This document shows, piece after piece, positions 59,654-64,000 of a DNA stretch of 64,000 nucleotides. The position numbers were made by a program, and so were the translations under genes. The first letter of the stretch is position 1. Every line of letters starts with the position of its first letter. The stretch covers positions 7,808,001-7,872,000 of the forward strand of contig OZ250169.1 in assembly GCA_965237955.1 (NCBI GenBank), read 5' to 3'. The notes beneath the pieces were generated by a model, which had not been told where the DNA came from, made no database searches, and worked only from the letters and a program-made list of their open reading frames with translations. This stretch comes from Candidatus Marinacidobacterales bacterium. GTDB lineage: Bacteria > Acidobacteriota > Vicinamibacteria > Marinacidobacterales > SMYC01.

Positions 59654-60462
59654 GGCTACCTATAGTCAACGGTTATAGCACCAACTACCCATTGGCTCAC
59701 TACTTCATTCTGGATCAGCTCGTCACGATGTTCCCCAACATCGACTCGTTGCGGCTTCTCCGGGCTCTGGGAGTACGCTACGTGGTCTTTCACCCCGACT
59801 ACGGACGCTACCCGGAGGTAAGGCATGCAGCGAGACGCTTCGAGCGCAGGCTGGCTGCCTACAGTGAAAATCTCGAGCTGGTCAAGGAGTTCGGCGACCG
59901 GGGTGTGTTCGACTCTGACCTCGGCGCTTTGGGTGGCGAACGCATCTACCGCATTTCGCCCCAGGAGCCTCCCTCAGTCAAGGTCGAGACAGACGATTGG
60001 CCTCGACTGGAACTGAACAGGTGGCGATGCGAGACGCTGAGCCGCCACAGCGGCTGCGAAGCGGCATTCGACGGGCGGCTCGACACCTACTTCACCACCA
60101 AGGTCGCGCAGACGAGTGGCGATTTCGTCCGGCTGCGACTTCCCCGGCCCGTGCGCCTGAGAGGCGTCTCGATCGTCATGGGGAGTTATTCTCACGAGTA
60201 TCCCCGCCGACTCGAGTTGTTCGCGGAGACCAAAGGCACGCTGCGACTACTCGCCGACTGGAAGGATCTCGACAGCGTAGAGTATCTCGGTGACCTGCTC
60301 GAATCGCCCGAGCGTGCCTCGATGGACTACAGCTTCGAGCCGGTCGAGGTCACTGTGTTGCTCGCCAGGATAGGTCCGGGCGTGGACGGTTCGCGACCAC
60401 TGCACCACCACGTTATGCACCCGTGGATTCTTCCAGAGATCGAGCTACTGCCTGCTCCTTGA
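59654..60462 (+). pseudogene. C-terminal fragment of a membrane glycosyltransferase-like protein with a discoidin-like domain
   Basis: PIVNGYS..YP, LGVRYVVFH, AAFDGRLDT and YPRRLE; 5' cut at an M end. Confidence 0.6.
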
Positions 60463-60723
60463 AGTGAACCTGGCATGTTGGAGGGGTCGGTCAGCCCGGC
60501 TCTACTCGACTTGATAATACCAGCGAAGTCTTCATCGACGCCGGCGTGTCCGAAACCTGGAACCGGTGGGGTGAGCGTGGAGTCGTAACAGCGCCGACTA
60601 CGAATTCACCGAAGCATCAGCCCACGGTCTGGGCAGCCTGACCCCGATCCAAGGAGGCCAGATTGACGCCGATTTATGTCTCGCGCCTCGCGAGTGGCTG
60701 GCCCGGCCCAATTGTCGAGTATC

Positions 60724-61538
60724 TCGTCGTGTCCGAAAATGCGAACGGAGCCGAAAGCTCGAATCCTGGAGGCGTTCTCGAGATTCGCGGAGACCAGCCG
60801 ACGCGGTACTGGCTCTGCGATAGGCGACCTCGAGCAGACCTCTCCTGCAGACCATCCGTTTCGTCCAGCTGGCGCGCCCGAACTCCTATGCGGCGTCGCG
60901 GTGGTAATAGCTGAGCAAGCCGCCCAATCGCTTACGACATCGCACCTTCCCGTGAGGACTGCCGACGCATTCTTCCGCTTCTAGCAACGCGTTCCCGAGC
61001 CCTTGATGGTTGCGCTCTCCGTGATAATGATGGATGAACTCAGCGACGGCACGGCGCAGCGATTGCTCACTGAAGAAGATCATCCGCTCCAAGCACTCGC
61101 TCTTGATCGACAAAACAAACCTTTCGACGTAAGCGTTCAGATTCGGCGAACGGTGCGGCAGCCGAATGACGTCCGTTCCGGCGTGCTCGAGTAAATCGCG
61201 AAACTCCGTGGTGAACTTCTTGTCGCGGTCCAGGATGAGGAATCGCTTGCCGCGCAGAAAGCCGTCGAATGGGTCGGTGAGATTCCGACCGACCTGCATC
61301 ATGAACGGGCCATCCGGCCCCGGAGTGATTCCGGCAATGTGCGCTTTTCGCGAAGACAGCTCGATGACGACGAGCACATAGTAGGTCACGAGCCTGCGAA
61401 CTGTGGCGACCTCGACGGTGAAGAAGTCGGTCGCAGCAACGGTTTCCCAATGGGCGGCGAGAAACGTGCGCCATGGCGTTCGCTCACTTCGCTCCGGCGC
61501 AGGCTCGATGCCATGTTCTCGCTGAATATTGGCGATGG
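60724..61538 (-). mobile_element. 3' half of a related integrase-core element (ORF 60886-61538)
   Basis: WRTFL, ATDFF, LDRD, NAYVERF and RNHQGL; end CGTCGTGTCCGAAAAT; cut by M at 61539. Confidence 0.85.
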
Positions 61539-62357
61539 CGTCCTGTGCCAAAACTCGGCCTTTTTGAAATAGGCCATAAATCAGAAACTTAGTGTCTGTG
61601 TTTGCGACCGGGCCAAGGGCCGTGGGCTTTACAATCGTCTTGGGCGGGCGGGTCGTCACCATGCAGATGACCACCTAGTCGAGAGCGAATATCGAAGCGT
61701 GTGCCTGAAGCTGTTTTCACGCTACGCCGAGCGGGCCCACCAAGGGGCTACCGTCGCCGGCGACCATCTACGCGGCACGGCAGTAGTAGTTGAGAATGCC
61801 CTCAAGTCGCGCTTGCCGGCAGAGGTGTAATGAGCTCGTTGCCGAGACCTTGGTGGTTCCGTTCTGTGTGATAGTGCACTACGTATTCGGTTATCGCTGT
61901 CCGCAAGTGTCGCTCATTGAGAGGTACGAAGCGGTCGAAACACTCTCGACGTATGGAGAGAACGAATCTTTCCGCGTATGCGTTCAGATTCGGACTATTG
62001 GCGGGAAGGCGGAGGGCGTCCTGTGCCAAAACTCGGCCCTTTTGAAATAGGCCATAAATCAGCAACTTAGTGTCTGTGTTTGCGACCGGGCCAAGGGCCG
62101 TGGGCTTGACAATCGTCTTGGGCGGGCGGGTCGTCACCATGCAGATGACCACCTAGTCGAGAGCGAATATCGAAGCATGTTCCTGAAGCTGTTTCCACGC
62201 TACGCCGGTCGAGCCCGCCGAGGGGCTACCGTCGCAGGCGACAATCTACGCGGCACGGCAGTAGTAGTTGAGAATGCCCCCAGGTCGCTCTCGCGACACG
62301 ATGGGGCCAGTGTCATTCGCGCTTGCCGGCAGAGGTGTGAGGAGCTCGTTGCCGAGA
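61539..62357 (-). mobile_element. Two nested M-element right-end remnants
   Basis: 61539-62016 and 62017-62357 each match parts of 29191-29830. Confidence 0.85.
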
Positions 62358-63095
62358 TGTGCCTTCTATTTATTCATCCGCGCGCCCCGAACTTGATTAG
62401 TCTCCGGTCTGCCAGCACCATGCCGGCATGATTTCGTCGTTTGTTCGCGCTCTCATCTCTGCCTTCAAGGCTCGTCGCAAGCTAGCTCTTGAGAATGTCG
62501 CTCTTCGGCAGCAGCTCGCCGTTCTCCGTCGTTCGGTGAAACGGACGCGGCTCTCGAATGTCGACCGCGGGTTTTGGGTGCTGTTGCGTAGAATCTGGAC
62601 TGACTGGGAGAGCGTCCTCGTCATCGTGAAACCTGAGACGGTCGTCCGCTGGCACCGTTGTGGGTTCAGACGATATTGGGTGTGGAAGAGTCGACGGCGT
62701 AGGCCCGGACGACCAGGCGTCGCTCCCGAAATACGTGAGCTGATACGGAACATGAGCAGGGCCAACCCTCTCTGGGGAGCTCCCCGCGTGTATGGCGAGC
62801 TGGCAAAGCTGGGCATCTCCATTTCCCAGGCCGCCGTCTCCAAGTATATGGTTCGCCATCGCACGCCACCGTCCCCTACTTGGCGGAGCTTTCTTGATAA
62901 TCATGCAAACGACTTGGTGTCGCTCGACTTTTTCACTTTGCCGACCGCAACCTTCAGAGTTCTGTTCGTCTTCATCGTCCTTCGCCACGACCGTCGCCGT
63001 ATCGTTCATTTCAATGTCACCGAACATCCTTCTGCTGAGTGGACGGCGCAGCAAATGGTCAATGCTTTTCCATGGGACACGGCGCCTCGGTACCT
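62358..63095 (+). mobile_element. 5' part of another integrase-core element (ORF from 62428), cut by M
   Basis: End TGTGCCTTCTATTTATTCATCC; ENVALRQQL, VKPETVVRWHR, NPLWGAPR and SLDFF. Confidence 0.85.
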
Positions 63096-63353
63096 CGTCC
63101 TGTGCCAAAACTCGGCCCTTTTGAAATAGACCATAAATCAGCAGTTTAGTGTCTGTGTTTGCGACCGGGCCAAGGCGGCGCAAGGGTCGTGAGTTCGTTT
63201 GTGTTTTTGGACACGACGGGCAACACCGCGCTCCAAGAGATGAGCGAATCCGCGACAACGAATCCAGGAAGTCCACAACGGACGCCACAGGAAACCCGGT
63301 ACAGCAGGAAACCCGGAACTCGGGAAACCCAGAGAGTGAAGGGAGAGCCTATA

Positions 63354-63548
63354 TCAGAAGAGCGTATAGATGAAGGGCGCAGCTCCGCTTCCGCTGAGAA
63401 AGACGAGAAAGCCGAGTCCGAGGATGACGACGAGGATGGGCAGCAGCCACCACTTCTTGTTGTATTTCAGGAAGTCCCGAAACTCGGAGGCGAGACTCTG
63501 GCGGTCTTCCTGAGCGAGCTGAGCCAGATCGTCGTCTTTTGGCACCAA
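63354..63548 (-). CDS. DUF5989-like small membrane protein
   Basis: FLKYNKKWWLLP...AAPFIYTLF. Confidence 0.85.
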   Translation of the reverse strand: MVPKDDDLAQLAQEDRQSLASEFRDFLKYNKKWWLLPILVVILGLGFLVFLSGSGAAPFIYTLF

Positions 63549-63564
63549 CGTGTCCTCCCGTCCG

Positions 63565-64000
63565 CTAAAACTGACGGAAATAGTCCTTTTTGTCAAAAGC
63601 CTCCGGCAGATCGACCCAGTAGCTTTTCTGTTCGGGTTCCCACCGGCGCGTGAGGGGATCGCGACCGATCAGCCGAAAGAACAGTGCGATGGGCGTCAGT
63701 AGCCCGTAGAAAAGAACCGCGAGCACAACGTGCGAGAGGACCCATCCGATGGGAAAGGTCACGACCCCGAGAAGGACGAACAGCGGTCGGTTGGCGGCGG
63801 GCTTCAGCAGGGAGAACGCACCCGAAAGCAATCCGAGCCCCCACAAAACGTACGCCGTCGGCCGCGCCGCAGAGCCAAGCGCCACGCCGAAGATACTTCC
63901 CTTCCAGAGGATCAGGCCACCGAGGAGCGCAAAAGCTCCCAGAGCGATGAACCCGAACTGCCGTAGTTGCCGGCTCGATGGGTCGAGAGTTAGCTGGACG
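63565..64000 (-). CDS. SxtJ-family membrane protein (runs off window end)
   Basis: LRQFG, PIGWV, LTPI, GRDPL, SYW and YFRQF. Confidence 0.82.
   Translation of the reverse strand, partial: VQLTLDPSSRQLRQFGFIALGAFALLGGLILWKGSIFGVALGSAARPTAYVLWGLGLLSGAFSLLKPAANRPLFVLLGVVTFPIGWVLSHVVLAVLFYGLLTPIALFFRLIGRDPLTRRWEPEQKSYWVDLPEAFDKKDYFRQF

Overview
GC-rich bacterial window (gene content such as the Mg-chelatase/VWA pair, TonB receptor end, SxtJ/DUF5989 and multi-TPR protein suggests an Acidobacteria-like organism; this is inference). Most of it is a mobile-element graveyard. It holds six complete IS5/IS903-like copies plus split pieces, IS6, two IS3, an IS1-like element, an IS110/IS1111 element, IS21 remnants, two small MITEs, three DUF2924-large serine recombinase modules, and 27 copies of one transposon end (CGTCCTGTGCCAAAACTC...). 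That end is the 102-bp terminal inverted repeat of a single-ORF integrase-core (DDE) element at 29191-30746, and it truncates genes across the window. Intact islands: BON protein, AAA ATPase, S10 peptidase, a selenocysteine peroxiredoxin, a GH2, CIRCE-groES-groEL, M48-TerB, ImmA/IrrE-DUF4411, TPR protein, ATP-grasp protein and M50B peptidase. Many defence-type genes survive only as fragments. Best leads: (1) the long-TIR, CC/GG-targeting integrase-core element family, whose solo ends travel with cargo and bracket short captured DNA fragments; (2) an IS1111-type element whose bridge/seek RNA guides can be read directly, match its insertion site in the end of the IS1-like element, and whose RNA-coding end is tandemly duplicated; (3) two IS903-mediated deletion-inversions shown by inverted 9-bp target duplications. 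No rRNA, tRNA or CRISPR array was seen. All counts and coordinates were read by eye.
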